NCBI GenBank assembly: GCA_951406725.2
Contig: OX597815.1
Location: forward strand, 106,330,001-106,394,000
From: Octopus vulgaris
Lineage: Eukaryota
Length of the DNA stretch: 64,000 nucleotides
Direction of reading: 5' to 3'
Both the position numbers and the translations under genes were made by a program. The stretch's first letter is position 1; each line of letters begins with the position of its first letter. Below are positions 37,518 to 50,613 of the stretch, one piece after another. Under the pieces are notes generated by a model. It did not search any database, had not been told where the DNA came from, and saw nothing but the letters and a program-made list of their open reading frames with translations.

Positions 37518-38311
37518 TACATATCATCTTCATCACCATTTTAATGTCTACTTCTCCATGTTTGCTTGGGTAAGACGAGAGAATGTCATGGCAGAGTTTT
37601 TCTATGATCCTTTTGTAGATATGACACTGGCAAGAAGCTACTGTTTACAAACTAATGCATGCATACAGGCACACACATACTTGTATGCACATTATGAGCT
37701 TCAATTTCTGTATGCCAAATCTATGTCCAAGTATTTGGGCAGCCAGTGGGGGCTATAGTAAAATGTACTTGGCTAAGGTGACAGGCAATGGGACCTGACA
37801 TACATTCAGTGTAGTAGTAATAGCTTATATAATGTATTGTGCCAATTTTGTAAGAGTATCTATTTCTAATTGAAAAATTCAAAATAACTGCTAAACTTCA
37901 GAAATTTGCCTGGCAATAGTTTCTTAGTTTAAGTTTATGTTGAATTTCTGGAAAATAGTAACAAGCCCTACAGACAAGATCCAAAACCTCATGCCTATTT
38001 CTCCATTCTAATTTTGTTTTTGGTTTTCTTACAGTAGGTATAATCTTTTATATTAATTTTTATCAAGTTATACTTTGTTATTCTTTTCCCCCCCTCTGCT
38101 TAACAAAGGCAATTTATCAGCCAGTTCTAAATAGGAAAATATCACGTCTTGGTTTGATGTGTCAACAGTAATTACTCCAAATATGGAGTATGGCCACAAG
38201 CTAATAACTGAAACAAGTAAAAGGATATGAGTAAATTATACATTTTTGACTGTTCTTTTATTTTAACTATTCCATCTTTTGTAGACAGTAGGTAATAGAT
38301 AGGTGGTTTAA

Positions 38312-38503
38312 CCCTTTTGATACCATATTTCTCTGAAAATACTCTGCTAATGAAGAATTCAGCAAAATAACTTGTTATTAAGCGACTGAATTGAAACATA
38401 AATTTAATATGAAATTTGATGGAAAGTTTTAATTAGATCACTTTAAAACGGAAAGTTTGTATCGACATAGGAGGCAGTCTCAGGTGAGTTGGTATCAAAA
38501 GGG
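38312..38503. mobile_element. piggyBac-type MITE (related copy at ~60651-60886)
   Basis: TTAA on both sides; TIR cccttttgatacca / tggtatcaaaaggg. Confidence 0.85.
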
Positions 38504-40570
38504 TTAAATGCTACTTGTTTTTCATGTTGGTTTTTTATTATTGATTTTTATTCCCTTCTAGCTTGAATTTTTTTTTCTAATACTTTTCTGTGTCCTGTTT
38601 GTTTTAGATCAGACATTGAGATATAAAGGAATAATTAGAAAGTACATAAAGAAATTAACAATTAACAAACTCAAAACTTCTGGTCAAATTTGATCTACAC
38701 GATATTGTCTTTTCATCACCCAAAATTATAATTGCCTTACTCATCTGGAAAAGTGATCTTTCTGTATTCCTCAGTCCCATTACATATTCTTTCTCTCTTT
38801 CATGGTCAGGAAAATGGATCATGCACATGTTCTATACATACTATGTACAGGTTTGTTGCATTTGATTGGCAGTGTGCAAGTTGAATATAAAATTGCTAAG
38901 CTAGTATGCAAAGTACTTCCAAGAAATAATGAGAGAACATGTGAGCTGCAAAAAAAAAACCCCCCCCGGGTGTAATGGGGCTCAAACTCAGGAGCTAAGT
39001 CAACATAAAGAGCAGTCAGTGCAATCAGACAGTTTACATAGTAATGGAGAGTTTTTTTGTTTTTTTTACCAATTTAGATGTCAATCACGTTGCTAGATCA
39101 TATATCCATAGTTGTTCATAAATTCATGGCCTGTGTGTATAACTGTTTTCATGATTTTTACTAAAGTATTTTCAATTATATCATTTTAAATACTTTGTTT
39201 TTTTGCATGTGTGCTTTTCAGCATATATATTAAGATTATCTTGAAAACTTAAATGTCAAACTTGCTGTGCCAGAACTTTAAGGGTTTTGATGTTGAATAA
39301 ATAATTTTTTTCTTGTTTATGTCATTACCTATATTATTTTGAATTTTAAAGAAAAGATATAATTTTTCATTTTTAGCATTGTATAACTTTTTCTTTGTCA
39401 GTCCCATCATTATCTTCATTGGTGATTCACAGACCTAAGAAGAATTTCTCGGCAAGAGAAGTGATATCGATCCAGCTTGAATCTATTACATGGTTGGCTA
39501 CTTATTCCAATTGACAAGAATCTGTTACTCTGTTAAAAGCAGTATAACTAATGGTCATATTGTATGAAAGCTGTGTATTTAAAGATACAAAACAAAGATA
39601 CTGGGATTTGATTAATATTACCACAACAGAAATGACTGCTTCTTTACAACTTTTTTTTTTTTTTTGTACAAATCGTTTGTTACATACCAAATAATTTACC
39701 TCGTCTGTTTTTGTTTTTGGCTTGATAGTACAAATGTATATTCCCTTGCAGTCTATTTTATCACTCTAGCACTGTAAGTTGTCTGCCCAAGAGAGCAGAT
39801 GTTTCAGTTCAAGCATTAATAAAATGTGAAAATTTTAAAATTTAATCAACATTTTTATGCTAATAGTAAAGTTTATAAAGAGAATATGAAAATATTCAGT
39901 ATCATTTTAAAGCCTTTCAAATAATTAAACATTGTATATATAAATTGCAATAATAGCTCTTTTATGTGGAAAATATATTGAATATTTTTGTAATTTCAAA
40001 GATATTTTTAATTCAGTAATAATGACAGTTTTAGAAGATATATTTCAAACAGATCCTTGGTTACAAATTCTTTAAGCGTTTTATTTATCTGTCTCTTAAA
40101 GAAAAGGCTAGACTATTATTTCAAAAATTTTATTACAAAACAATCCATGAAATACAATTATTGGCTTTTATTTTGTTTTTCAGGTTCATTCTATATTTGT
40201 TTAGGTTTTAATATTTTTTATTTTAGCAGTGTTTATATATTCATGAAATAATTTTCTTAACATTTTTTCTGTGGAGATTTTTATTGAATGTCTTGTCTTT
40301 ACTTTTTTGTTACAAAATTTTTTTATGTATACTGTTATACAATTTTATGAACAAAATATATTTTAACTTTACCTTTATATAATGGGGAGCACAATTTTTC
40401 TTTGACTGCAAAGAGACCAGTTTGACAGCAGCCATTATCTCATTTGAATTTTAAGGTATATATGTATTGGATAGGTATCTTTTCTGTTTCTCATGCTTGC
40501 TTTCTCTCTATCTTCACTTTAGTTTTGGTTTATGTTAAGTGTTTTTACATTATAACATGTCTATTCATAG

Positions 40571-40718
40571 GATAATAAGCAAGGTCATAATCATGAATCT
40601 GCAAAGGCTGCTTCTCCTGTGAAATTAGGTATTCAACAGCGACGCCATTATAGGACTCATGAAGACACTGTTGAAAGTTCAACCTCTTCTTCTTCTGAGG
40701 ATGAAGAACCACCTCACA
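40571..40718 (+). CDS. SRRM1: SRRM1 exon 10 (DNKQGHNHESAKAASPVKLGIQQRRHYRTHEDTVESSTSSSSEDEEPPH)
   Basis: Acceptor attcatag, donor A|gtaatt; phase 0 to 1; QQRRxYR...SSSSEDE resembles vertebrate SRRM1; not in the ORF track. Confidence 0.85.
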
Positions 40719-41151
40719 GTAATTATTTCTTTTTAGATAAACTTTATTCTTAATTTTGCTATTCACATTACAGCAGTTTTGCAACTTTTTATACAAATTT
40801 TTCTCATTCTAACAGTTTAATTTATCTCTTTTGCTTTCATTCTTCAGTAAACCTTATCTGACTTCCAACTTTTTTTAAATTAGTGTCAAGGAAGGGGCTG
40901 TACCCAGTGTCCTTCACGGGCCATTTGAGGCACATAAAATTGTTAAAAATCAGAAAAACCAGTCTGTAGAAAGCTCACATTCAGATATGGGGGGGGGTAT
41001 ATGCTATATGAATGGCAAAAGGTGAGGTTGCATGGGTCCAGCAGAACAATGAACAAAGACCATTGTAGCATCAGTAGAGAAGATAGATTGTGGAGACCAC
41101 TCTTCTGATGACAAGTTGTGACTATGTTGATTAAAAACTCCATATCACACT

Positions 41152-41787
41152 TATTGTTTCACAATCTGCATAGCTTTATCCTTGTCAGAATATTTAAAAA
41201 AAATTTTTTACATTTGAAATAGTTCATGTAAATGTAATCAGAATCTTGTTCTTTTTCAATATAAAAACAACTTGAAGTAACAAGTGCCCATTCTCATCGA
41301 TGCAGTCAAGTGACTGTCTATGTGCAGCAACAACCCCGATTAGCAACAGTATTTTGTTGTGGGTCTTATAAAAAGCTCACAACAGTTGAATATTTTTTAA
41401 CCTCAAAGAGAAAGGCAAGTTTTTACTGGGTATGCATAACAATTTGAATTTGTAGATCATATCCTAAGTTGTTTGTGATGAAGAAAAATTGATGACTCTT
41501 CTTGTCTGCTCACTGAAGTTTAGGTAGCCTACTTGTTATATTGATACTTAGTTTCATGAAAGCCAGCCAGACAGCTACCTTCTCCACTAACTTCTGTAAC
41601 TCTTCTCAATTTTTGTACACATTCCTATATTGTGTAAAGGGGAAATACTTTTACTTGTTAATTCAAGTTGTTTTTATGTTGAAAAAGAACAAGATTCTGA
41701 TTACATTTACATGAACTATTTCAAATGTAAATGTGTTTTTTTTTAATATTCTGACAAGGATAAAGCTATGCAGATAGTGAAAAAATA
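41152..41787. repeat. Long inverted repeat in SRRM1 intron 10 (arms 41152-41285 and 41653-41787)
   Basis: ~135-bp arms are reverse complements with scattered mismatches; ~370-bp spacer. Confidence 0.92.
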
Positions 41788-42132
41788 TTGGTTCTTGTAC
41801 TAGTTGAGAAGGAATAACAATATGTAATGGGATAAAGCTTCTAGATTTTAAGTTATCTGCTGTCGATGAATAATGGATCCATCTCTAAATCCTTGTGTAC
41901 ATGAATAACTGTATTATTGTTAGACTCTGGGTAAATCTTGTCACCCATCTCTTTGCCTAATTCTTATTAGCTGTTATTGTGCAGCTGTTTTATTTGTTTC
42001 AGAGTTGTTTATTTCTCAGATGGAACAACTTTCCTTTGCTGGTTACCCTTTGGACAAAAGCAAATGTGTATCTGAAATTTTATTTTGCTTTGTAAAACTT
42101 CTATTTAATTTCAAACTGACTTGTTATTCTAG

Positions 42133-42301
42133 AAGAATCTCGGGACAGAAGAGATAAGAGATCAGAATCACCAATACGAAATCGTCGTTATCCATCACCT
42201 TCTCGACCCAGAGACAGATATGGTAGGAGAGACCTTATCCGTGATCCTGGTTCCCGACGAATTAGGAGGAGGCCTTCTCCATATTCTATGCGCCGGTCAC
42301 C
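42133..42301 (+). CDS. SRRM1: SRRM1 exon 11 (ESRDRRDKRSESPIRNRRYPSPSRPR...)
   Basis: Acceptor ttattctag, donor CC|gtaagt; phase 1 to 2; open Arg/Ser/Pro-rich frame. Confidence 0.85.
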
Positions 42302-42515
42302 GTAAGTGGAGCATATTCCTCATATCCATTTCATGCTAGCATGTAATTTGTTATTTAATTGCTGATCTCTCAACCCTGCAGTAGAATAGAATATATTTTT
42401 TATCCAGGTAGAAGACAGCAAGGAAAGGATATGCAAAACAGTATAGTAATTTAGAAGCTAACAGGTTGTGTTACTTTATTAATATGTACAGTTATGTGAT
42501 TGTATTAGTCTAGGT

Positions 42516-42812
42516 CATGAGTTCTCAATCATCATTTATCTATGGACCCTTTTGATTACTATTTTATTTTGATATGCCCCCATAACCAATTGGTTTTTTG
42601 AAATAGTTTTTATAGAAACTAATTTCAAAATTCCTATTTTGTTTTTCACATTAATTTGTGTAGATAGAACTATGTAAAATGTTTGAGAAATAAACCTAGC
42701 TGTTTCTTTCAATAAATACATCTAAATCAGAATTTTTTCATGGACCCTTAAAATACTACTGAGGATCCCCAATTTACTATTTTGTTGCATGGACCCCACT
42801 TGAGACACACTG
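42516..42812. mobile_element. hAT/Charlie-type MITE
   Basis: Perfect 8-bp TSD gtctaggt (42508-42515 and 42813-42820); termini catgagttctcaa / ttgagacacactg. Confidence 0.85.
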
Positions 42813-43042
42813 GTCTAGGTGGTGTATTAGTCTCTCCATCTTTCTCTTGCAAAGGTTTATCAGGATGACACATTAGTCTCTCCAGCTGTAAAATCCAGTT
42901 TCAAAAGATGTCTTGGAATGTACCATTTTGTTTGACTTGTACTGTCATGAAAGAAACATGTACAAAATATACATAGAAATAATTCTGTGAATTATTACTC
43001 TCGTTTTCTATTCTGTATAATGTATTTTTTTTTACTTTTCAG

Positions 43043-43126
43043 TTATCCATATGCACCTAGAGGCTGGTCTCCTCAACAAAGATATCGCAGATCACCTCCT
43101 CGCTATGCGTCTCCTAGACTTAAAAG
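43043..43126 (+). CDS. SRRM1: SRRM1 exon 12 (YPYAPRGWSPQQRYRRSPPRYASPRLK)
   Basis: Acceptor tttacttttcag, donor AG|gtcagc; 84 nt, phase 2-2. Confidence 0.83.
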
Positions 43127-43586
43127 GTCAGCACCAATATTTCATATCTACTTTCCTCTTGTTCAAATCTAAAATTAAGCACAATGTGATTTATTTACGT
43201 AAATTTCATTTCACGTTGATGCATTAAGGTGGCAAGTTGGCAGAATTGTTAACACACCTGGCAAAATGCTTAGCGACATTTCATCTGTCTTTATGGTCTG
43301 GGTTCAAATTCCACAGAGATCAGCTTTGACTCACTGAGGTCAATGTAATAGACTAGTCCCTCCCTCAAAATTTCAGGCCTTGTGCTTCTGGGAGAAAGGA
43401 TTATTATTATTTCAAGTTATTACCTCTATATTGATACTTTGATTAAGGAGCAGTATTATTACAGTAGAAAACATTGAATGTTCTATAAGTCAAAATATGT
43501 TGAAAGTGTATTTCTTTATCATTTTATTTTTGATTGCAATAAAAAATGCCCATTCTTATTAATTTTGTATTTCATTCTTTCTATAG

Positions 43587-44643
43587 AAGTCCACCTCACT
43601 CTCCAATGCGTGCTAGAGATCGACCTCGCTCTAATCGTCCTCGAGATATTTCTAGATCTCCATCACCAAGACGCCGAAACATTCCTTCACCTAACCAGAT
43701 GCGGCGAAGACATCGAAAGGTTACACCAGATTCCCCTCCTCGTCAGATGAGGCAACATTCACCATATGCTAGGTCCCCTCCCAGGATGAAAAGATCACCA
43801 TCACATTCACCACTGCCACCAGTACGTCAGAGAAGGAACATCTCGAAATCTCGCACTCCTTCTCCTCCTCGAAAAGTAATCCATGGTGACCGCTCTTCAT
43901 CAGAATCACCACAGAGGGTAGTGAAAAAGGTCTTGCCAGGAGCTAAGAGAGATCGTAGTGAATCAGAATCTCCCGTTTGCCGTGATGCTTCACCTCAGAT
44001 GTCTGTAATGACAAGGCGACAGATTCCAGCTACACAACATCAATCTTATCTGAAACAAAAATCTTCTTCAATGTCGGGTTCTGCATCTCCATCACCTGAA
44101 CGTTTCCGACAATCACCATCACCTCTTCGTCAAAGAACAAGTAAAACTGTAACAGTACATCAACACTCAGAGAATCTATCTCCTGTGGCATCACACCAAA
44201 GAAAAGCTCGGGGTGTATCTGCATCTCCAGAAAAAGTGAACACTTCCTTGAAACTCCCCAAGAAACGGTCATTATCTCGGAGTATGTCAATGAGTCGTAG
44301 CCCCTCTCCAGTTCTGTCCAGAAGGAAAAAATCATCATCACCTCCAGCTAAAAAAGCTCGGGACGATGTTGAATCAAGCAAGTTAAGAGATTCCCCTAAA
44401 AAGACTAAAAATTTACCTAAAGATCAACAAAGGTTAAGTAGTCAAGACTCGTATAAGTCAAGACCACTTTCTTCAAATTTATTAGTTCCAGAACCTGTTT
44501 CTGTTGACACAAACCATCCTTCTCTTGAAAAGGTGTATCAGGATGACACAATATTCCAAGACTCTTCTGAATCTCCAAAGAAAAAGCTAAAAACAGATTC
44601 ATCAGAGAAAAAGAAAAAGAAGAAGAAGTCTTCCTCGTCTGAG
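43587..44643 (+). CDS. SRRM1: SRRM1 exon 13 (large RS/SP-rich exon)
   Basis: Lies in the 380-aa ORF 43546..44688; acceptor ctttctatag, donor GAG|gtttgt; phase 2 to 0. Confidence 0.92.
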
Positions 44644-44817
44644 GTTTGTAAGATTCATTACATCTCTCTAGAGCTGTTAAAACTGTAAAATAAGGCATGA
44701 GATTGTCAGCTTTCTCAGATTAGGAAACATCTGTTTATAGTGTTGTTGCTTGGGAGTTTTTGTAATGTGTGTAAAAATAGATATTCTACTTGAAGTATGT
44801 GTCTTCTTTCTTTGTAG

Positions 44818-44925
44818 GGATCCGACAGTGATGCTGCAACAAAGAAAAAGAAAAAGAAGAAGAAGAAGAAAAAGCACAAGAAACATAAGAAACATAAGCA
44901 CAAGAAGGGCAAAGAGGAAGAAGAG
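44818..44925 (+). CDS. SRRM1: SRRM1 exon 14 (poly-Lys/His tract GSDSDAATKKKKKKKKKKKHKKHKKHKHKKGKEEEE)
   Basis: Acceptor tctttgtag, donor GAG|gtttgt; 108 nt; matches the SRRM1 KKHKKHKKHKK tract. Confidence 0.92.
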
Positions 44926-47724
44926 GTTTGTTTTATACAGTTTTAATTATTGATGATAGCAGTATATTCTAAACACTTGTGATTTGCTATTGTTAACCTT
45001 TTGATTCAACAAATATTAAGTTGTAGCATGTGTAATATTGAATTCATGTGCATCTACAAGATGAAGTTTACACATTATTAGTGTTCTTCATTCCTTTTCT
45101 TGTCAATTCTAGTTGGCTTGAAGTTCACTTGTTTCTAGAGCATTTAAGTGAATTATACATTACTTCAAATCATTGTTGAAGTTGTCTAGTAGTTATATAT
45201 AAGATTTGAAAATTTTTCTATCTCTTCATAAATGAATCTGTTTATATACAATACCCAGTGTTAACATTACAAGTACTGCTTTCAAAGTCTATTTTCTGCT
45301 ATATTTAACAATTAAGTTAACAACTAATTAGCTTTGATGAGATGTACATGCTACCATAATACACCTACTACAAGAACTCATGCAAATGTTTGAATTTGCA
45401 GACTTGTTCAACTCATGCCAGCATGGAAAAATGGAAGTAAAATGGGGAAAGAAAGAGAAAAAAGGCACCAACATCTTCATATTAAACCAAATAAATATTT
45501 CAGGCGTATTTTTCTTAAATCTGATGTGGTTGTATTCTACACTTACGAATAATTTTCAACTCCTACATGTTTAGGAAAATGCCTATGTTAGATGAATAAA
45601 ATTTTGCTTGCAATACAATTACTAGTGATGAAAGTTTGCTGTTTTAGTTAAGGATTTACTGTCAATGAGAATCTATGTCAATCTCAGTTCTGTATGTCGA
45701 AAAATATCTTGTTTGAACAAAGCAAAAGCTATTTACTTCAAACTATTAATATTTAACTGTAGAGTTGTGAAACGTCTTAAGTGTTATGCTTTCACCATCA
45801 TGTTTGATATTATTAGTTCTCGACAACACTCAAATAGTTTGAAATTCCATGAGAATTGATCATAAAAATAGTCTTAGATTGAACAGGGAAAATGGAAAGA
45901 TATGCATAAATCAATGGAAAGTTATTTAGTGTCATCTTCCCTTTTTCACTTTTATGAAGTTTCCGTATAATTTAATGTAGTTTTTCTTCATTTTATTTTT
46001 GACTCACATGTAGTTATTGTGTCGGTTTTATAGCTTTGTTGGGAACCACCAATATATATGGAATATAGTGTTGTATAGACTATAATTTATTCACATAAAT
46101 ACACCAAATGGTAATGGTAATGTCTGTAGGCTGTTGTTAGCTTATTTATTCTAATTGTAAGATAGCAATTGTGATAATATTTTGGGGAAAATATACTTCC
46201 AGTAAGATTAGTATTCCTGTAGTATGAAGACTAGGAAAGGAAGGAGAACTGTAACAATAATTAATGAAAAACTGACAAATTTAAGCAGATGTATAACAAG
46301 ATACTAAATAAAACTGGTGGTAGATTAGTACTGCTTACCATAAGTGTGTCATCACAAATACTAGGTTTCTGAAAGAGCTGCAAGTAGAATTCTTTATATA
46401 AGAGAAATTTAATAGTTTTGATATTGATTTAGGGGTAAAAAGAAGGCTAAATCATCAACATTCATTCACTTTTCCATGCAGGCATAGTTTAGGCAGGTCA
46501 TCATTACCTGAGTTACTTCTTATTAGGGAGTTACCAACCTCCAAGAAGAGCCAAAGAGACTATGTTTCCTTGTTGGCCTATCATTGATTGTTATACAGCA
46601 TATTGAATGCTTTTTACTGTGGCACCAGCATCAGAGATGTCTCCATTCATTAGCATCTTAGATGTTCTCTTGTTCCTCATAAGAGAGTCTCCTCTTTTTG
46701 TAATCTCTCCAGTTATTCCTTTCTTTTAAAAGAAAGACATTTTCTAACACATCACCATTACAGTTAGATATTGGCATCTCTTGTCACATGGGTGGGGTGG
46801 AGTGTTGAGAAAAGTAGGAGTAATAGGTTAAAATCAGGAAAATGAACAAGAGCTGAAGTGGTAGTGTAATAAAAGAGAGAAGTAATAGTAATGTGACCAG
46901 AGTGAAAAGAGTGGGATATAACAAAAGAAGTAAGAGCAAGAGATCAGAAAGATGGTGATGAAAAGGGGAGAGTGATACAGAAGTGAATATTATGCAAACT
47001 GCTCATAAGTATGAGAATAGTGAAGTTCAACAATAAATTCAAAGTTTAAGGATCTTAATCTCATGTCATTTGTATTATTTTGGATCGTTTGGGTTTTCAA
47101 GGCACACTAGCATAGGAATACCCAAAGAAAATGTCAGTTGACTGTATGGATAGTTATGAGCTAAGTATGGATAATGTCAAGCCAAGTAAAATCATAGTCG
47201 TGGCCAGTGCCAGTGACATAAAAGGTACCCTCTACGCTCTTTGAAGTGGCTGGTTTTAGGAAGGGTATCCAGCTGTAGAAACTAAGCCAAAATAGACTGG
47301 AGCTTGGTAGAGCTCTCCATCTTACCAGTCCTAGTCAAACCATCTAAGCTGTGGCAGCATGGAAAACGGATGCTAAATGATGATGATGGCATCTCTTTTG
47401 CTTCACTTATTCAGGGTGTTGGAAACCCAGTCGAAATACATTTAGCACTCCGCATGCAATTGTATTTCTGTTCTGCATGGGTAGTTAGATCGACTGTTCC
47501 ATTTTTATCTATTGCTTTTAAGCTAATTTAGATCATAACCCTCCCACAGACCTGTACAACATGACACTAGGAATAAGACTTGATAGCATTGACTTTAGTG
47601 TGTGAATGATTATGATCTAACTATTGTAATCATTTTTTTTTATATAAGACTGTTTTAATTCATTCTTAAATATTATGTAATTAGTTTATTGGTAAAACAC
47701 TTAAATATTGGCTTTATTTTTCAG

Positions 47725-47871
47725 GCTGGTTCTGATAGTGCTGCAGAGCAAGAAAAACTGGAACAGTTATTGAGAGAAAAAGCATTACAGTCTCTGAATA
47801 AGGCCAAAACCAATCCTGCCACATCAGGCAATGAATCCAGTTCTGGAACATTTCATAATCCAACAGAATAG
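47725..47871 (+). CDS. SRRM1: SRRM1 last coding exon (AGSDSAAEQEKLEQLLREKALQSLNKAK...PTE*)
   Basis: Acceptor ttatttttcag; LE..LREKAL.S motif of the SRRM1 C-terminus; stop TAG ends at 47871. Confidence 0.93.
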   Translation, partial: AGSDSAAEQEKLEQLLREKALQSLNKAKTNPATSGNESSSGTFHNPTE

Positions 47872-48939
47872 TTATTGAACTTCGGTAGAATGTGACAGCA
47901 TTTTACAGTCTGTGTTACATCTTACAATACCATCACTATCCATGCTGTTGCTGCTGATATTACTAATACTATTACTTAAAATAGTGATCTTATTTGTTTT
48001 GCTGCCTTGAACATATCGTAAATAATTATTTACTTAATAAAGTACTGGTGCAGATAAACTGGTAATCTAAATATTGTTCCACCTGTTGGCTTTACTTATT
48101 ATTATAATTTTTATTTTTCATATATATTTTATTTAGGTAGTTTTTTTGGGTTTATTTTAACTTTCCAGGAATAATTTTTATTATTAGTATATCTATTTAT
48201 TTTGTAGGTTCAGCAGGGAAATTTCTTTAAAGATTTTAGGGAAGCTGACAAGATTATTTTTACTGATTTAATTAGGGAAAGCTAAAAGTATTTTCATTTA
48301 GTGATAGGGCAAGTATTATGAAATCAACAAAATATTAGTTGCTACATCTACCTAAATGCTGTTTGTGATAACTTTACTTTGCAAGGAGTCAGTTTATTAC
48401 TTATTAGCATTAAATGTGAAGGATTGTTGTCAGAATGCTCTGCTTTTTAGCTGAGTCATTATATTCCCAATGATTCATATCTTGGGTTTTATTTAAAATG
48501 GTTTTTCTTTGAAGACTGAAGTGATAATTATTTTTCTATCAACAGCTTTCAATGGTCCAACATGACAGCTGGATGTAGAGATGAGCATTGAATCCTATAG
48601 ACAGTATTTTCTTATTCCGGTTGATATTTTTTGAGCTTTTTGATTTTCTTTATTTAAAAATGATTTTTTTTTTTTTTAATAACAAATTCTCCCTTCCCGG
48701 TTCCCAACAATTTTCTTTCATTTTGCATTTCTGCTATTCATATTTTGTAAAAGAATATGTTTATTATTTAAGGCAGCAGTATTCCTTGTGGCATGGAAAA
48801 TGGATTGCCTTGTTCTGTATTAACTATCTCATTCTAAAGTGAGCTGGTATGAAACCTGTGAATTCTGTCACAATTTCTGATATATTTTATTGTACAGTTG
48901 CTTTACAATGGTTCTGTTTTATTACAGAGTCAGTGTCTT

Positions 48940-48945
48940 AATAAA
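48940..48945 (+). terminator. Probable distal polyadenylation signal of SRRM1 (a proximal AATAAA is at 48036-48041)
   Basis: AATAAA followed ~25-70 nt later by a U/GU-rich tract (tttttgttcgttatttcttttgtttgc), with TGTA upstream. Confidence 0.6.
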
Positions 48946-49291
48946 GCTACCATATTTCACCACAAGCTCATTTTTGTTCGTTATTTCTTTTGTTTGCTTT
49001 CTTTCTTCTATTCTTTGGCATACTCAGTCTCAGTCTACATTATTAAAATATTATAGTGAAGTACAATAACAAAGTCAACTAGAGATACTTGCACAATTTA
49101 ATCTGCTATCCCCTCATCCCTTAAACCTGAAGTGGGTGTGTATGTGCAACTTGAAAGTGATGCAAAACTAAAAATGTTGATTTGATGGGAGTTTCTGAAA
49201 TCTCTTGTTAGTTAATATCTTGTTTTAATTATTTCTGATTTACCTCTTAGATTTTTTTTTTTACTTGGGTTTGGAATGATTTTAATTTTTT

Positions 49292-50125
49292 TACCCTTTA
49301 GCATTCAAATTATTCTGTGAGATGTATTATTTGTTCACATTTTGAATTAATTATGCTGTAGCTTTAAGATTTTGATGATGCAACTTTTTATTTTTAGAAT
49401 AACATTGCAGCATAAATGCAAGAGGCCTGATCTGGCCAGTTTCAACAGAAAGCATTTAAAATACTATAGCTGGTTTGAATGCTAAAGAGTTAGATTTACC
49501 TCTAATAAAATGGGTCTTATTCAGTATGATTAATGACACTGAATTTTGAGTTCTGCACTCATTTCATTGTATCAGCTAAATGTTGACGTTCTCTTTTCTC
49601 ATTCTACCTGATTCACAGTTTTCCCATGTCAAACTAGTATTATAGATAAAAATTTCACACAATGAAATATATTTCGTTAACATATATAGTTTTATGGTGC
49701 AGTAGTAAAGAGAGCAGTTTGAAATATTTCATTCTGCAGGAAAATGATGTAACTATATATGTTTGGGACCCATACTGTCAGGCTATATTTTAAAAAATAT
49801 GATAGACTTAAAATTCTTTCAGTTTTCACTTATTTCGTCTTGTAACATTTTAAACCTGAATGACAATAACCTATTTACTCACCAATCCCTTGTTTTCTGA
49901 AGAAATTTTTTTGAACTTTTAAACCAGCTATATCTGGCCAAAATATTTACCTGTTTTATCTTCAAACTGGCCAGATCTAACCTCTCACACTCTACAATAT
50001 TATTCTAAAAATAAACAATCACATTGTTGAAATCTCAAAGCTACAAGGTAATGCATGACATTCAAATCAGTGTGTCAATGCATTATTAAATTTGACAAAG
50101 ACATCTGAATGTTAAAGTGTTAAAC
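49292..50125. mobile_element. Two oppositely oriented piggyBac-type MITE copies (~49292-49492 and ~49915-50123)
   Basis: ccctttagcattcaaa...tttgaatgctaaagagtt termini; the second copy is the reverse complement (aaaccagctata...ctgaatgttaaagtgttaa). Confidence 0.65.
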
Positions 50126-50613
50126 TTCCTAATGCTTCAATTTTGTCACAATTATTTTTCAGCTACTTTAAAAAAAAAGAAATTGAGAAAATGTAGTGCA
50201 ATGTGACAGTTTTAGTAGAATGGTGTTGTCATCATTTTAAATATAGGCAAACAAGACATAAAAGCTGAAAACAGGCAGTATGAGATACTACTTTCCATAT
50301 ATATCTGGAAATATAACCATACTTGCAAACAGCAATGCCTCAATATACATGTTAATTTGTTCTCAGAGACTGCTCGTAAAGTGAAAACTCAAAACAGCAA
50401 TAATTTTCCATAGTAGCAATGTTATAAATTGTAATTCGTTCCCAGAAAAATATTTTACCTATAAAATTTACAATATATGTAAGTAAACGACAATAGAAAG
50501 TAGAGTATTTTATGTAAAGTAAAAAGAATATCAAGATCATTTATAATAAAAAATATATTATAATTATTTTCTGAATCACTTGTGCACTTATAGATGCAAT
50601 TGCCAATTCAAAA

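Noticed and set aside
39402-39492. Extra SRRM1 coding exon after the acceptor ttctttgtcag
   Set aside because: TGA at codon 8 in the required phase, only a weak donor, and exons 9 and 10 already join in frame.
41474-41515. Box C/D snoRNA (gtgatga...ctga) in the inverted-repeat spacer
   Set aside because: Only ~42 nt between the boxes, with no terminal stem or recognisable guide.
44030-44912. Minus-strand ORFs overlapping SRRM1 exons 13-14
   Set aside because: Antisense shadows of low-complexity coding sequence.
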